From positions 1-51,304 of the forward strand of contig CAZAOT010000002.1 in the NCBI GenBank assembly GCA_964487045.1: a stretch of 51,304 nt of DNA, given 5' to 3'. This DNA is from an uncultured Candidatus Saccharibacteria bacterium (GTDB taxonomy: Bacteria; Patescibacteriota; UBA1384; DTJR01). The position numbers and the translations under genes are program-made. The notes below the pieces were generated by a model. That model was not told where the DNA came from. It ran no database searches and worked only from the letters and a program-made list of their open reading frames with translations. Numbering within the stretch: position 1 is the stretch's first letter; each line of letters opens with the position of its first letter. Below, piece after piece: positions 26,861-36,184 of the stretch.

Positions 26861-29800
26861 ATGAAATATCGTTCTGGAATTGTAATCAAGCAAGCTAGAG
26901 AAAAAATGGGCTGGCAACAGTCAGAATTAGCTCAACGCCTTGGGGGCAAAATACGTCAACAGGCAATAAGCGGATGGGAAAGAGGCATATCGAGACCAAG
27001 GAGAAATATGTTGCCTCTTCTGTCAGAGGAGCTAGCGATTGATTTGGGTGCCCTGAGTGAGGCGTGTGATTACAACAAGGGAGAGGAGATTCCACTACCA
27101 GTAAGACCTTTGCTAACCATTCTACCTTTGCAAGATCTTAATTTTGATCAATTTGAGCAGTTCTGTAATGATTTGATTTCGGGACTATATCCTAACCAGC
27201 AAGTCCACAGGTGGGGTGGACAGGGGCACAAACAAGACGGAATTGATCTATTGCGTAGAGATCAATCAGAAAATGTCGCGGCCTATCAGTGCAAAAAATG
27301 CAAAGAATTTGGGTCTACAGATGTTAGCAACGCAGTCAATGAAGTCAAAATAAAAGCAAAAGAATATGTCATTCTCTTAAGTCGGTTCCCAGCGAGTCCC
27401 GGCTCAAGAAAAGAAATCAGTAAAAATCAAAATTGGGATATTTGGGACGCTGGAGATATTTCGAAAAAGGTAAAGGATCTCTATACCAGCAATCCAGATA
27501 ATGCAATCGCACTTGTTGATAATCACTTCCCCGGCTGGCGAGAAAATTTTCTGGGTGTTTCGACGCCAAGCCCCTGGATATCACATCAGAGATTCTTTGA
27601 GAAATTTGATTCAAATGAAATTTTCAGCCAAAGATGGCATCTTGTAGGCCGGGAGAATATTTTGAAAAGTGCAAAGAAATTTCTCTCTTCGGATGATCGT
27701 TTTATTGCTATTTTGTTGGGTCTAGGAGGAAGCGGCAAAACAAGGCTTTTAAAAGAAATTTCAGAAATCGCAGAGCGAGATCTAAAATATATTGTTCGGT
27801 TGATAGAAACCGACCAGTCTCCGACACTGCAAGACTTCGAGAAATTGCCAAAGGGCGATAAGCTACTTGTATTGATTGATGACGCGCAGCAGAGATCGAA
27901 TATCGCCGGACTAATCAATAATATTTCAAGTATTAGGAAACGAGTTAAATTTATTTTAGCCTTGCATCCTTATGGGAACTCTCAACTTTCAGAAGATCTG
28001 CGGAGAATAGGAATATTCTCCACCGAACTTGAGCAATGGGACATTGGCTCGACCGATTTGAAATTATCCGAAGCAAAAGATCTAGCCCGAGAAATATTGA
28101 GTAGCCAAGCAAATGAAGCTGAAATAGATAGAATAGCTCGTCTAACCCTTGATTGCCCATTGATTACCGTCATGGCATCTGTCCTGTTAAAAAGGGGAGA
28201 AATTAATTCATTTGTTTTTGAAGGTCAGGGTGCGATTCGATCAGTATTGATAGGTTATCAGAACACAATGATTAATTCGCTGAAAGGTAACTTAGATCCT
28301 TCGGTAATTAGGAAATTATTAAATGCCATTGCTGCGGTACAGCCCCTGAATATAGAGGATCAGAGTTTCAGAGATTCTCTTTCAGAAATAACCGGTTTAA
28401 AATTTTATGATATTGCTCCTTATATAAAGCAATTTAAAGAACACGGCATCTTAATAAGCCGACAGCAATCTCTTCGAATCGTTCCGGATCTGCTTGGGGA
28501 TGTCATTTTAGCTGATGCGTGTTTTATGAGTCCAACGAGTTATACAACTACCGGGTATGCCGAGGATTTATACAGCAAGCTCAAAGCGCTTCCACTTCAA
28601 AACTTAATAAAAAATCTAGTCCGCGTTGACTGGCAAATCAACCCAGATAATTCCGAAAGGGCTTTGTCTGAATTTGTTTGGAGTAAAATCGAAAAAGAAT
28701 TTAAACACTCGAGTATCAGTGAGCGTATTCAAATTATCCAATTTGTTAAGAAGATATCATACTTTCATCCCAAAAGAGCGTTAGGGTTAGCTCGTTGGGC
28801 TATCAATAATCCTACTCAAAAGACAAGAGAGGCCGCAGGAGTACTTTCTAAAATATATAATCCTACCTATCAAGACGTTCTGAATGAGATCCCTCCTATA
28901 TTAAAAGGTGTTGCGTATAATCTCGAATTTCTGACGGAGGCGATGAATTTGCTGTGGGAGCTTGCAAAAGTCGACAGCAGAGAGACTAACCCCTTTCCTT
29001 ATCACCCGATACGTATTTTGCAGGATCTCGCATCTTATCAAATCGGTAAACCAGTTACATTTAATAACTTAGTGATCGATGCTTGTGCAAAATGGTTGGA
29101 AGAACCAGAGTTATCAAACCACTCTCCATTCGATATACTTGATCAAATATTAGTCACCGAGAGCTCCGATGATTCTTCTGAGGGGTTCACTATTTCATTC
29201 CGTCCTTATCCCGTTAATATATCGGCCGTGAATGGACTTAGAGAACGCGTTAACGACTTAGCATTTAAGGAACTACTCTCTGATGATTTAGCAAGAGCCT
29301 CGCGAGCGGCGGAAACAATCGGTCACAGCTTAAGGTATCCGCAAGGCCTTTTTGGGCGAGTTGTAAAACGCGAGGAAAGGGAAAATTGGACTCCAGTATT
29401 TGTGACAACTATTAATCGGCTTGAAACGATCATGAAGAACGATCAACTTGATCCGCTGGTTAGAGTTTTGATCTTGGATAACTTAAGCTGGCACATTAAT
29501 TATTCAACGACTTCAACCAGAAAAGCTGCTCATAAAGTAAAAATTGCCTTACCAGATTCCTTGGAGCAGCATGTTGCGCTCGCTATGTATGATGGCTGGG
29601 GTCATTTTTTTAAGAGAATCAATGATTTTGAAAAAGCGGAACAAAGGAAACAGGATTGGCTGGAAAATATTGCCACAGAGCTGATAAAGCAAAAATCAGA
29701 TCAAGGAATAATTAAAATAATAGAGGAAAGACTGAGTAAACAATTTAAAATCAAAGGCCGTTCCGCAAATCCGCTCCCATTCATCTGGACATTAGTGAAA

Positions 29801-30979
29801 GCGAGACCTTCAATTGGAATGGCAATTTGTGAGAGAATTAAAACAGAACATAATTCTGCACTTGTAGAGGTTCTCAGTATTGTTCTCGCTGAACTCATAA
29901 AACACGATGCTAGCAGTACTATCATATTATCAAACACCTTCCTAAAGCTTAAAAATATCAAACTTGCTCGGATGGTTGCACAGGCATTCGGTTGGAATAG
30001 AGGTAATCGCACCAGCTTAGTAAAAAATGAGCTCAAGCTTTTATCAGACTTGTCGATAAGTAATGACCAGTCCGTCAGGATTAACATGATTCGTGCAGCA
30101 CAGATTATTGCTAAAGATGATCGGGTTACAGCTATCAACCTTTTATCGCTCTTGAAATTCCAAGATTCTGCCGCAATTGCAGAGGAGTACTTCTCTGTTT
30201 TTTATAGCCCTGGATTTCCTTCCTGGATATCGCTTCCAAGTAAACAATTAGACCTTATTTGGGATCAGCTAGTTTTGTGTCCATCGTTAGATGATTATCA
30301 CATTTCAAAGTTTTTGTCCGAGGCTTCTGAGGTATGCCCCGGGAAGGTCCTTAAATTGTTAAAAGTGAGAGTAGAAAAAGATGAAAAACAACACAATCGA
30401 GATGAATACAAAGCTCTGCCATACGACTGGCAACACCAACTAAAATTTAGAAACGATCCGAACTTTTTAAGTATATTAAGTGAAATCAGAAATTGGATCG
30501 CACAAAAAACCGACTCGTGGCAGAGAGCGATGATGGGGGCAAAGATTTTTACGGGCGTAGCTATAGAGTTCGACCATAATACGATTAAGATTTTAGAAGA
30601 AGGTATATTTTCGGGCACAAAGGAACAGCTCGATGCGGTAATTTCAATATTAAGAGAGGCTCCCAGAGAGTTTGTTTGGGATCATGTAGATTTTGTTAGA
30701 ACACTCTTGGATCAATCTGCTAAATATGGAGACAGCACGCTAAAAAGGGCTTCAGGGGCATTATATAATTCTGTTATTTCAGGGGTTAGAACCGGGATAC
30801 CTGGACAGCCTTTTGCCGAGGATATAGCACAACGGGATCGATCAATAAAAACACTCGAGTCGCTAAAACCTGGCTCAAGAGAAGCGATTTTTTTCAAATC
30901 ACTGGCAGAGTCAGCTATCCAGAACATCAAATCTCGAGCCGAAGAAGATGAAAAACTACGAGATTGGAGAGATTGGTAA
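26861..30979 (+). CDS. XRE-HTH + Mrr-like PD-(D/E)xK nuclease + STAND/P-loop NTPase + long helical-repeat C-terminus (Avs/NLR-like candidate defence protein)
   Basis: HTH QSELAQRLG...QAISGWERG; nuclease FEQFCNDL...DGIDLL...AAYQCKK; Walker A GLGGSGKTRLL; Walker B LLVLIDDAQ; about 1000 aa of helical repeats. Start moved to ATG 26861 because the track start is the -35 box. Confidence 0.6.
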   Translation: MKYRSGIVIKQAREKMGWQQSELAQRLGGKIRQQAISGWERGISRPRRNMLPLLSEELAIDLGALSEACDYNKGEEIPLPVRPLLTILPLQDLNFDQFEQFCNDLISGLYPNQQVHRWGGQGHKQDGIDLLRRDQSENVAAYQCKKCKEFGSTDVSNAVNEVKIKAKEYVILLSRFPASPGSRKEISKNQNWDIWDAGDISKKVKDLYTSNPDNAIALVDNHFPGWRENFLGVSTPSPWISHQRFFEKFDSNEIFSQRWHLVGRENILKSAKKFLSSDDRFIAILLGLGGSGKTRLLKEISEIAERDLKYIVRLIETDQSPTLQDFEKLPKGDKLLVLIDDAQQRSNIAGLINNISSIRKRVKFILALHPYGNSQLSEDLRRIGIFSTELEQWDIGSTDLKLSEAKDLAREILSSQANEAEIDRIARLTLDCPLITVMASVLLKRGEINSFVFEGQGAIRSVLIGYQNTMINSLKGNLDPSVIRKLLNAIAAVQPLNIEDQSFRDSLSEITGLKFYDIAPYIKQFKEHGILISRQQSLRIVPDLLGDVILADACFMSPTSYTTTGYAEDLYSKLKALPLQNLIKNLVRVDWQINPDNSERALSEFVWSKIEKEFKHSSISERIQIIQFVKKISYFHPKRALGLARWAINNPTQKTREAAGVLSKIYNPTYQDVLNEIPPILKGVAYNLEFLTEAMNLLWELAKVDSRETNPFPYHPIRILQDLASYQIGKPVTFNNLVIDACAKWLEEPELSNHSPFDILDQILVTESSDDSSEGFTISFRPYPVNISAVNGLRERVNDLAFKELLSDDLARASRAAETIGHSLRYPQGLFGRVVKREERENWTPVFVTTINRLETIMKNDQLDPLVRVLILDNLSWHINYSTTSTRKAAHKVKIALPDSLEQHVALAMYDGWGHFFKRINDFEKAEQRKQDWLENIATELIKQKSDQGIIKIIEERLSKQFKIKGRSANPLPFIWTLVKARPSIGMAICERIKTEHNSALVEVLSIVLAELIKHDASSTIILSNTFLKLKNIKLARMVAQAFGWNRGNRTSLVKNELKLLSDLSISNDQSVRINMIRAAQIIAKDDRVTAINLLSLLKFQDSAAIAEEYFSVFYSPGFPSWISLPSKQLDLIWDQLVLCPSLDDYHISKFLSEASEVCPGKVLKLLKVRVEKDEKQHNRDEYKALPYDWQHQLKFRNDPNFLSILSEIRNWIAQKTDSWQRAMMGAKIFTGVAIEFDHNTIKILEEGIFSGTKEQLDAVISILREAPREFVWDHVDFVRTLLDQSAKYGDSTLKRASGALYNSVISGVRTGIPGQPFAEDIAQRDRSIKTLESLKPGSREAIFFKSLAESAIQNIKSRAEEDEKLRDWRDW

Positions 30980-31028
30980 ATTTCTTCACATCTAAGACTG
31001 TGCTTGCAACCAAGAACTCGACTTTTGG

Positions 31029-31610
31029 CTACTTGAGTCCTACTCGATATCTTTCGTTCGAACCATCCTTATCGATCCAAAGTGAGTAATTGCTAGCATC
31101 GTTTGGAATCTCATAAACGAGAACGCCCGATTCGGCAATACTTGGAGAAAGTTCGCGTACTTCTAGGTAATTATCAATACTCATGATGGAATCGTCATAT
31201 GTTTGATATTTTCTGTTCTGATTATCTACCAGCTGCAATGTGTCATTCGGCCTAAATGTAAACTTGCCATCGGTAGTGTTTGTTACCGATAAATCAACGA
31301 TTACGAACTTGGCTCTATCCTTGGCTGATTTGGCTCCACCGAATTCGCTGCTAATAGTGCTCTTTTCCTCGGATTTGTTAACCTTAATCTTCATCTTGGT
31401 TATATCAACTTCTTCGCCAAGTTTATTGTCGACTATTTTCTTTTCTTTGTTCAACTCTGCCGACTCTCCTATGGATCCTAAATTGCTAAATGCGCTTTTA
31501 ATCTTGTTAACCCGATACGCATCACCTACAAAGAAACCGATCAAAAAAATCACGACTCCTGCTCCGATTGCAATCGCGAGCTGCTTTTTGGAAAGCGTTT
31601 GCTTTGCCAT
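31029..31610 (-). CDS. Membrane-anchored DUF4352-like (Ig-like beta-sandwich) protein
   Basis: N-terminal TM helix, then a pattern ending VLVYEIP...YSLWI that is typical of DUF4352 (from memory). Confidence 0.45.
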   Translation of the reverse strand: MAKQTLSKKQLAIAIGAGVVIFLIGFFVGDAYRVNKIKSAFSNLGSIGESAELNKEKKIVDNKLGEEVDITKMKIKVNKSEEKSTISSEFGGAKSAKDRAKFVIVDLSVTNTTDGKFTFRPNDTLQLVDNQNRKYQTYDDSIMSIDNYLEVRELSPSIAESGVLVYEIPNDASNYSLWIDKDGSNERYRVGLK

Positions 31611-31628
31611 ATTACCCCCATATATTAT

Positions 31629-32765
31629 TTATACTTTGCTATTTAATGACTTTACTGTTTTCTCGATCAATGCAATAAATCTGCTTATCGTATCGTCTGT
31701 GAGTAGTTCTAAATCCTTAATTGCTTTTCTTTTCTCATCGTAGCTGGGTAGTGTACGATAGCAATCAACATATTCGCTGATGAATGGCTTCAATTTCGGA
31801 ATATTTTCAAACGGCCACTCGCAATATCCAAACTGGAGCTCTTCTACATCCTGCTCGTTCGAGGGAGCTTTGAAAAATAAGAATGAGAATTTTGTTGTGT
31901 AGCCGGGTACGGCTAAGTCTTTAGGATATTTGGTCATTAGTGAAAAGCCGTTTTTACGCCAGACAACTTCTACACTTTCTTCTGACTCAAATTTTTTCAG
32001 AAGTGCTTCGGCAATTCTCTTGCCATTTTGTGATAATAATTTTATAAAGTCCTCTTTGGCAATCGGTGTTCGATCATAGCTGTCGTTAGACTTGGATTTC
32101 TCAGAGTAGGTAATATTTTTTCGTGGAGGGTTGGCTAGACTGGGTATCAGAAAATGCTCTTGAGCATCACCCACTAACTGCATTTCAACTACGTAAAAGT
32201 CGATTTCCTGACCCGTTCGATCATTCAGATAGTTCGCGATATCTTTAAGCTCTTGATTGGCCTGATCGACAACAATCAGAAGAGTAAAACTGCCGAGACG
32301 AAGCCGCTTTTCCAGGCCTTCTTTGAATTCAGATTCTGAGAAATTCTCTTCTCCTATCTTTTCTTTCATATATTCAGACAACGAACCTTGAAAATTGACC
32401 TTACGCTGGAGTAGGAATTTCCGAAAACAACTACTTTCAATCTCTTCATAAGATTTATTCCAAAGATAGGCGGCATAACCGAGAATTTGGCCGACAACAG
32501 TCCTCTTTACTTCAGGATTCTTCTCAAGCTTTGTTTCGATCAAAGCAATGTGGCCTTGAGGACTGACCGCCAAAACATCCAGCGCACCATTTTGAAGGCT
32601 TACTTCCTTTCCTATTGTGACGAATTTGGAATCATACCCTATTTCATCAAGCGGAAGAGTGTTAACATCGTTTGTTAATAGATCTTGAAGTTGAGCTTCA
32701 TCGTTATAGTATCGCTTTTCAACCGGAACCCATTTCTTATCCGGATTTAAATGTAATATTTTCAT
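31629..32765 (-). CDS. Hypothetical protein with an N-terminal NucS/DUF91-like PD-(D/E)xK nuclease signature
   Basis: GALDVLAV...GHIALIETKL...VGQILGYAAY; start placed at ATG 32765 (SD GAGG) rather than TTG 32798. Confidence 0.45.
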   Translation of the reverse strand: MKILHLNPDKKWVPVEKRYYNDEAQLQDLLTNDVNTLPLDEIGYDSKFVTIGKEVSLQNGALDVLAVSPQGHIALIETKLEKNPEVKRTVVGQILGYAAYLWNKSYEEIESSCFRKFLLQRKVNFQGSLSEYMKEKIGEENFSESEFKEGLEKRLRLGSFTLLIVVDQANQELKDIANYLNDRTGQEIDFYVVEMQLVGDAQEHFLIPSLANPPRKNITYSEKSKSNDSYDRTPIAKEDFIKLLSQNGKRIAEALLKKFESEESVEVVWRKNGFSLMTKYPKDLAVPGYTTKFSFLFFKAPSNEQDVEELQFGYCEWPFENIPKLKPFISEYVDCYRTLPSYDEKRKAIKDLELLTDDTISRFIALIEKTVKSLNSKV

Positions 32766-33058
32766 TTCTTTGCCTCGATTAACCGGAAGCGGATACAAAA
32801 AGCCCGCCGCCAGCGATAGCTTTTTACGGCTACCTGCAATCCTTTCGGACTACAACCGATCAAGGTGCTCTGACGACGAGCCCATTATCCTTGATCGGTT
32901 TTTATGCCATGCCTTAGAAAAATCTAAAGTTTAGGCAATGTATTCAAAATTTACAATTAACAACCTTAATGTTAGCAGATTTACTCCTGTTGTAAAGACA
33001 TTTCGGGTGATTTTTTGCTTGACTTAGCCCTGTTATTCGGGCTTCCTTTCCCTTACAA

Positions 33059-34432
33059 ATGAGCCAAGAGACCAAATTAACGAATACTGCACCGTTTCAG
33101 CTACCACAAGAAGTAAATGGGGTGTTTGCCGGGCCAATTCAGCCGCCAGATCCGGAAACGAGATACTGCCTTTACGCTCGCAAATCAAGTGAAGATGACG
33201 AGAGGCAAGCACTTTCGATCGGTTCACAAATTAACGAGATGACCAGGCAAGCAGAAACGCAAAGTTTACAGGTCGTTGAAGTTCGGCAAGAAAGTCATTC
33301 GGCAAAATATTCTGGACAAAGACCCATATTTCAACAGCTGATTGGCGATATCCAAAACGGATTATTTAACGGAATTTTAAGTTGGGCGCCCGACCGATTG
33401 TCGAGAAACGCTGGTGACTTGGGATCTATTGTTGATTTGATGGATCGAGGATTATTGAAAGAAATTCGGACTCATGGGCAAGTTTTTACAAATTCACCTA
33501 ATGATAAGTTCCTGCTGATGATTTTATGTTCACAAGCAAAGCTAGAGAATGATAATCGAGGAATCAATATCAAAAGAGGGATGAGGGCAAAATGCGAAAT
33601 GGGCTTCCGACCCAATATGGCTCCAATTGGATACCTGAATGATAAGTACGGCAATAAAGGTCAGCGAAAGGTTTATCCAGATCCTGATAGAGCACCGATC
33701 ATCAAAGAAGCTTTTGAGAAAGTCGGCTATCACGGTTGTTCTGGTCGTCAGGTCTATCTTTGGCTTAAAGACGAGGTTGCGTTTGTAACTCGAAGCGGAA
33801 AGCCGATGACTTTAAGCACAATTTATCGAACTTTGAGTAATCCCTATTATACCGGAGTATTCGAAGTGCCTGAGGGTAGCGGCAATTGGTATAAAGGGGC
33901 ATATGAACCGATCGTTTCGAAAGAGCTATTTAAAATTGTACAAGAAAAATTAACCGTAGTGCCAAAGAGCATGCCCGGAACCAAACAATTTGATTTTACC
34001 AAGTTATTAAAATGCGGAGAGTGCGGTTCTGGAATCACGGCACAGGAAAAAATTAAGCATTGGGGAAAAAGATATGTTTATTACCACTGTACGAAGTTGA
34101 GAAATTTTGAATGTCCTGAGCGATATACAAACGAAGAAAAATTAGTACAAGAATTTATAAGAATTCTATCGAAGCTGACAATCGATCAGATCAAATCCAA
34201 AAGAGAGATTTATGGCAAATTTGAGCAATTTTGTAAATTCAGATCGGACGTATTGGATTTCGAGCTAAAACCGAACCAAGCAAATTATATTGATCAGACA
34301 CGAATTAACATCGAAAAATTTGTTGAACATATTTTCGAAAAAGGTAATCGCGAAGAGAAGCGGTCGCTAATCGGTTGTCTAAGCGCAAAACTAATTCTGA
34401 AAAATCGAGAAGTTTGTTTGTTAGAACTCTAA
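33059..34432 (+). CDS. Large serine recombinase (Rec2), paralogous to Rec3
   Basis: YCLYARKSSEDDERQALSIGSQ, APDRLSRN, Zn ribbon CGECGSGITA...YYHCTK; blockwise similar to 36986-38590. Confidence 0.85.
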   Translation: MSQETKLTNTAPFQLPQEVNGVFAGPIQPPDPETRYCLYARKSSEDDERQALSIGSQINEMTRQAETQSLQVVEVRQESHSAKYSGQRPIFQQLIGDIQNGLFNGILSWAPDRLSRNAGDLGSIVDLMDRGLLKEIRTHGQVFTNSPNDKFLLMILCSQAKLENDNRGINIKRGMRAKCEMGFRPNMAPIGYLNDKYGNKGQRKVYPDPDRAPIIKEAFEKVGYHGCSGRQVYLWLKDEVAFVTRSGKPMTLSTIYRTLSNPYYTGVFEVPEGSGNWYKGAYEPIVSKELFKIVQEKLTVVPKSMPGTKQFDFTKLLKCGECGSGITAQEKIKHWGKRYVYYHCTKLRNFECPERYTNEEKLVQEFIRILSKLTIDQIKSKREIYGKFEQFCKFRSDVLDFELKPNQANYIDQTRINIEKFVEHIFEKGNREEKRSLIGCLSAKLILKNREVCLLEL

Positions 34433-34437
34433 GCAAA

Positions 34438-35175
34438 CTATTTTCTCTTTTTTTGCCACTTTACTGAAGTAAGAATTTTTCCGTAAAGGTCGTCATTAAT
34501 ATTTATTGGCATCTGTGATAATTCTTCCCCTGTAGGGTTATTCTTTTGAAAAACGACAAAGGGCAGATCGTTTATCACAGCTATCGGAGTCTGTTCTCGC
34601 CCCTCACCCATTATAAGTACCGCTGCAGCGGCTATTCCATCAGCAATATTTGCTCTTGTGCAAATCATATTTCTGCCGAATAAATCTTTTTGGCCGATAT
34701 AATTATTCAGTGCTTTAAATCCAGTGTGTGCAATTGAAATGCCAGTCGTTCCCCAGCGTAGCGGTGTCGTTTTGCTATCCGTTATGATAACTCCCAAGTG
34801 ACTGATACTATGCTGTTTTTTTAGATAACTACGAATTTTATTAGCAGATTTTTGTGGGTCACTTGGCCACAAAATATATTTTCCATTTCCATTCGACTCA
34901 TCAATTCCTGCAGTTGGGATAAGAGTATTATTTTTGATAGTAAGAAGCGCTCCGAATTTTCCTCTTCCTCTGAGAAACATATCAGCTTCTTTATATATAA
35001 GCTTTTCCTTGTCAGTATCTACTACATCAACTACGTTTCCTTCGCAAATCGAGACAATTTTAGAAGTAATGGCAACAATCGAATTCTCTGGTAATTTTCG
35101 GATGTATCTTGATAATAAATTTTCAATTGGTTGAGCTCCGGTTATTTTTAATGTTCTGATTGTTCTAATCTTCAT
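34438..35175 (-). CDS. CofE/F420-0:gamma-glutamyl ligase-family protein
   Basis: ITSKIVSICEGN, PTAGIDESNG and GVIITDSKTTPLRWGTTG motifs. An alternative start at 35214 exists; ATG 35175 has the SD-like GGAAAGGG. Confidence 0.6.
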   Translation of the reverse strand: MKIRTIRTLKITGAQPIENLLSRYIRKLPENSIVAITSKIVSICEGNVVDVVDTDKEKLIYKEADMFLRGRGKFGALLTIKNNTLIPTAGIDESNGNGKYILWPSDPQKSANKIRSYLKKQHSISHLGVIITDSKTTPLRWGTTGISIAHTGFKALNNYIGQKDLFGRNMICTRANIADGIAAAAVLIMGEGREQTPIAVINDLPFVVFQKNNPTGEELSQMPININDDLYGKILTSVKWQKKRK

Positions 35176-35824
35176 TTTTACCCTTTCCGAGCCACTTGAC
35201 GCCCAAGTAGACAAAAGGTGTCTCTATTATCGACATAGCACACTTCAACCCCCAATAGGGTAAAACTAACCCCATGATAAAGACGATGTTCTGATTAAAT
35301 GGCTTGTCCAGCGCATAGAACGCTAATATCATAAATATTGCAGTGTCAACAAACTGACTAATGAAGTTGGAAAGATTAGTCCTAAGCCATAGATTTTGCT
35401 TCCCCATTTTTTGTCTGAGCCGGTAAAAAATCGCAACATCCAGGATTTCTGCAATAGCAAAGGCAAATAAGCTGGCAAGAGAGAATCTGATCGAAATCTT
35501 GAATACTGACTCATAAGCTGCCTCTGTCGGTGAGAACCTTGATGTCGGAGGCAGAGCCACCGCTAACACGGAAAATAGGATTAACAGAATAATTACTATG
35601 ATGCCAGATCTAACTAAGCTTTGCGCCCTGTCTTTGCCTCTAGCTTCAACGATTATGTCATTAACTGCATAAGTTATCGGGAACAGAAAAATAGCCACAC
35701 TTCCGCTTAACAAGAAGTTGCCAATATGCAGGAGATTGAATGTTTTACCTCCCATCAATTCAGACGCCACAACGCAGAACATGTAGATAGCCGCTATCAA
35801 ATCAAACTTTCTTATTTTCAACAT
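35165..35824 (-). CDS. yhhQ: Queuosine-precursor transporter (YhhQ/COG1738, VUT family)
   Basis: 6 TM helices, FPITYAVNDIIVEARG and C-terminal ETPFVY patterns. Confidence 0.7.
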   Translation of the reverse strand: MLKIRKFDLIAAIYMFCVVASELMGGKTFNLLHIGNFLLSGSVAIFLFPITYAVNDIIVEARGKDRAQSLVRSGIIVIILLILFSVLAVALPPTSRFSPTEAAYESVFKISIRFSLASLFAFAIAEILDVAIFYRLRQKMGKQNLWLRTNLSNFISQFVDTAIFMILAFYALDKPFNQNIVFIMGLVLPYWGLKCAMSIIETPFVYLGVKWLGKGKNED

Positions 35825-35844
35825 TTGAGTCCTTTTTTTTAATT

Positions 35845-35868
35845 ACTAAAAAACTGCCGATACGGCAG
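35845..35868 (-). terminator. Leader terminator/attenuator upstream of yhhQ
   Basis: On the minus strand: ctgccg-tat-cggcag followed by tttttt, 23 nt before the start codon. Confidence 0.55.
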
Positions 35869-35896
35869 TCAATTCGCTTGCCAAATAATAGGCAAG

Positions 35897-35928
35897 CAGT
35901 AATTACATCTTGTGAAAACTAGACCAAG
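35897..35928 (-). ncRNA. Candidate preQ1-I-like aptamer (weak match)
   Basis: Minus strand CUUGGUCUAGUUUUCACAAGAUGUAAUUACUG: a 4-bp P1 (CUUG/CAAG), a loop containing UCUAG, and a tail with ACU that could pair with the loop UAG. The tail is less A-rich than the canonical form. Confidence 0.3.
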
Positions 35929-35962
35929 TTTGAATTTTGCGAGTTATTAACATGATGACTAA

Positions 35963-35990
35963 ATATTATCAGCTAAATTAGCGATGTAAA
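35963..35990 (-). promoter_or_regulatory. Promoter of the yhhQ leader
   Basis: Minus strand TTTACA, 16 nt, TAATAT. Confidence 0.45.
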
Positions 35991-36101
35991 GTTTTAGCTG
36001 TGATTTTTGCAAAAAGTTCCACAATTTCGCGGATGGTTCAGAGTGACAATCAGAGTACCATACCCGTTTGGGTACCTGTAAATTAGGGCGAATTTGGCAC
36101 C

Positions 36102-36121
36102 AAAAAAGACCCTTTGGGGTC
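36102..36121 (-). terminator. Terminator downstream of tRNA-Leu
   Basis: Minus strand gacccc-aaa-gggtc followed by tttttt. Confidence 0.55.
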
Positions 36122-36184
36122 ATTTTGGCTTTTGCCTTCTCCTTATACTCAATTTCGAGCAAGGCAAAAGTTCCAATTTCTAAA

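Larger units (their letters stand above)
18586..36184. mobile_element. Candidate 17.6-kb genomic island integrated at the tRNA-Leu(CAA) 3' end
   Basis: Bounded by the 18-nt direct repeat. Contains serine recombinase Rec2, a phage packaging-gene remnant and defence-like genes, but also ordinary-looking metabolic genes. Confidence 0.35.
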
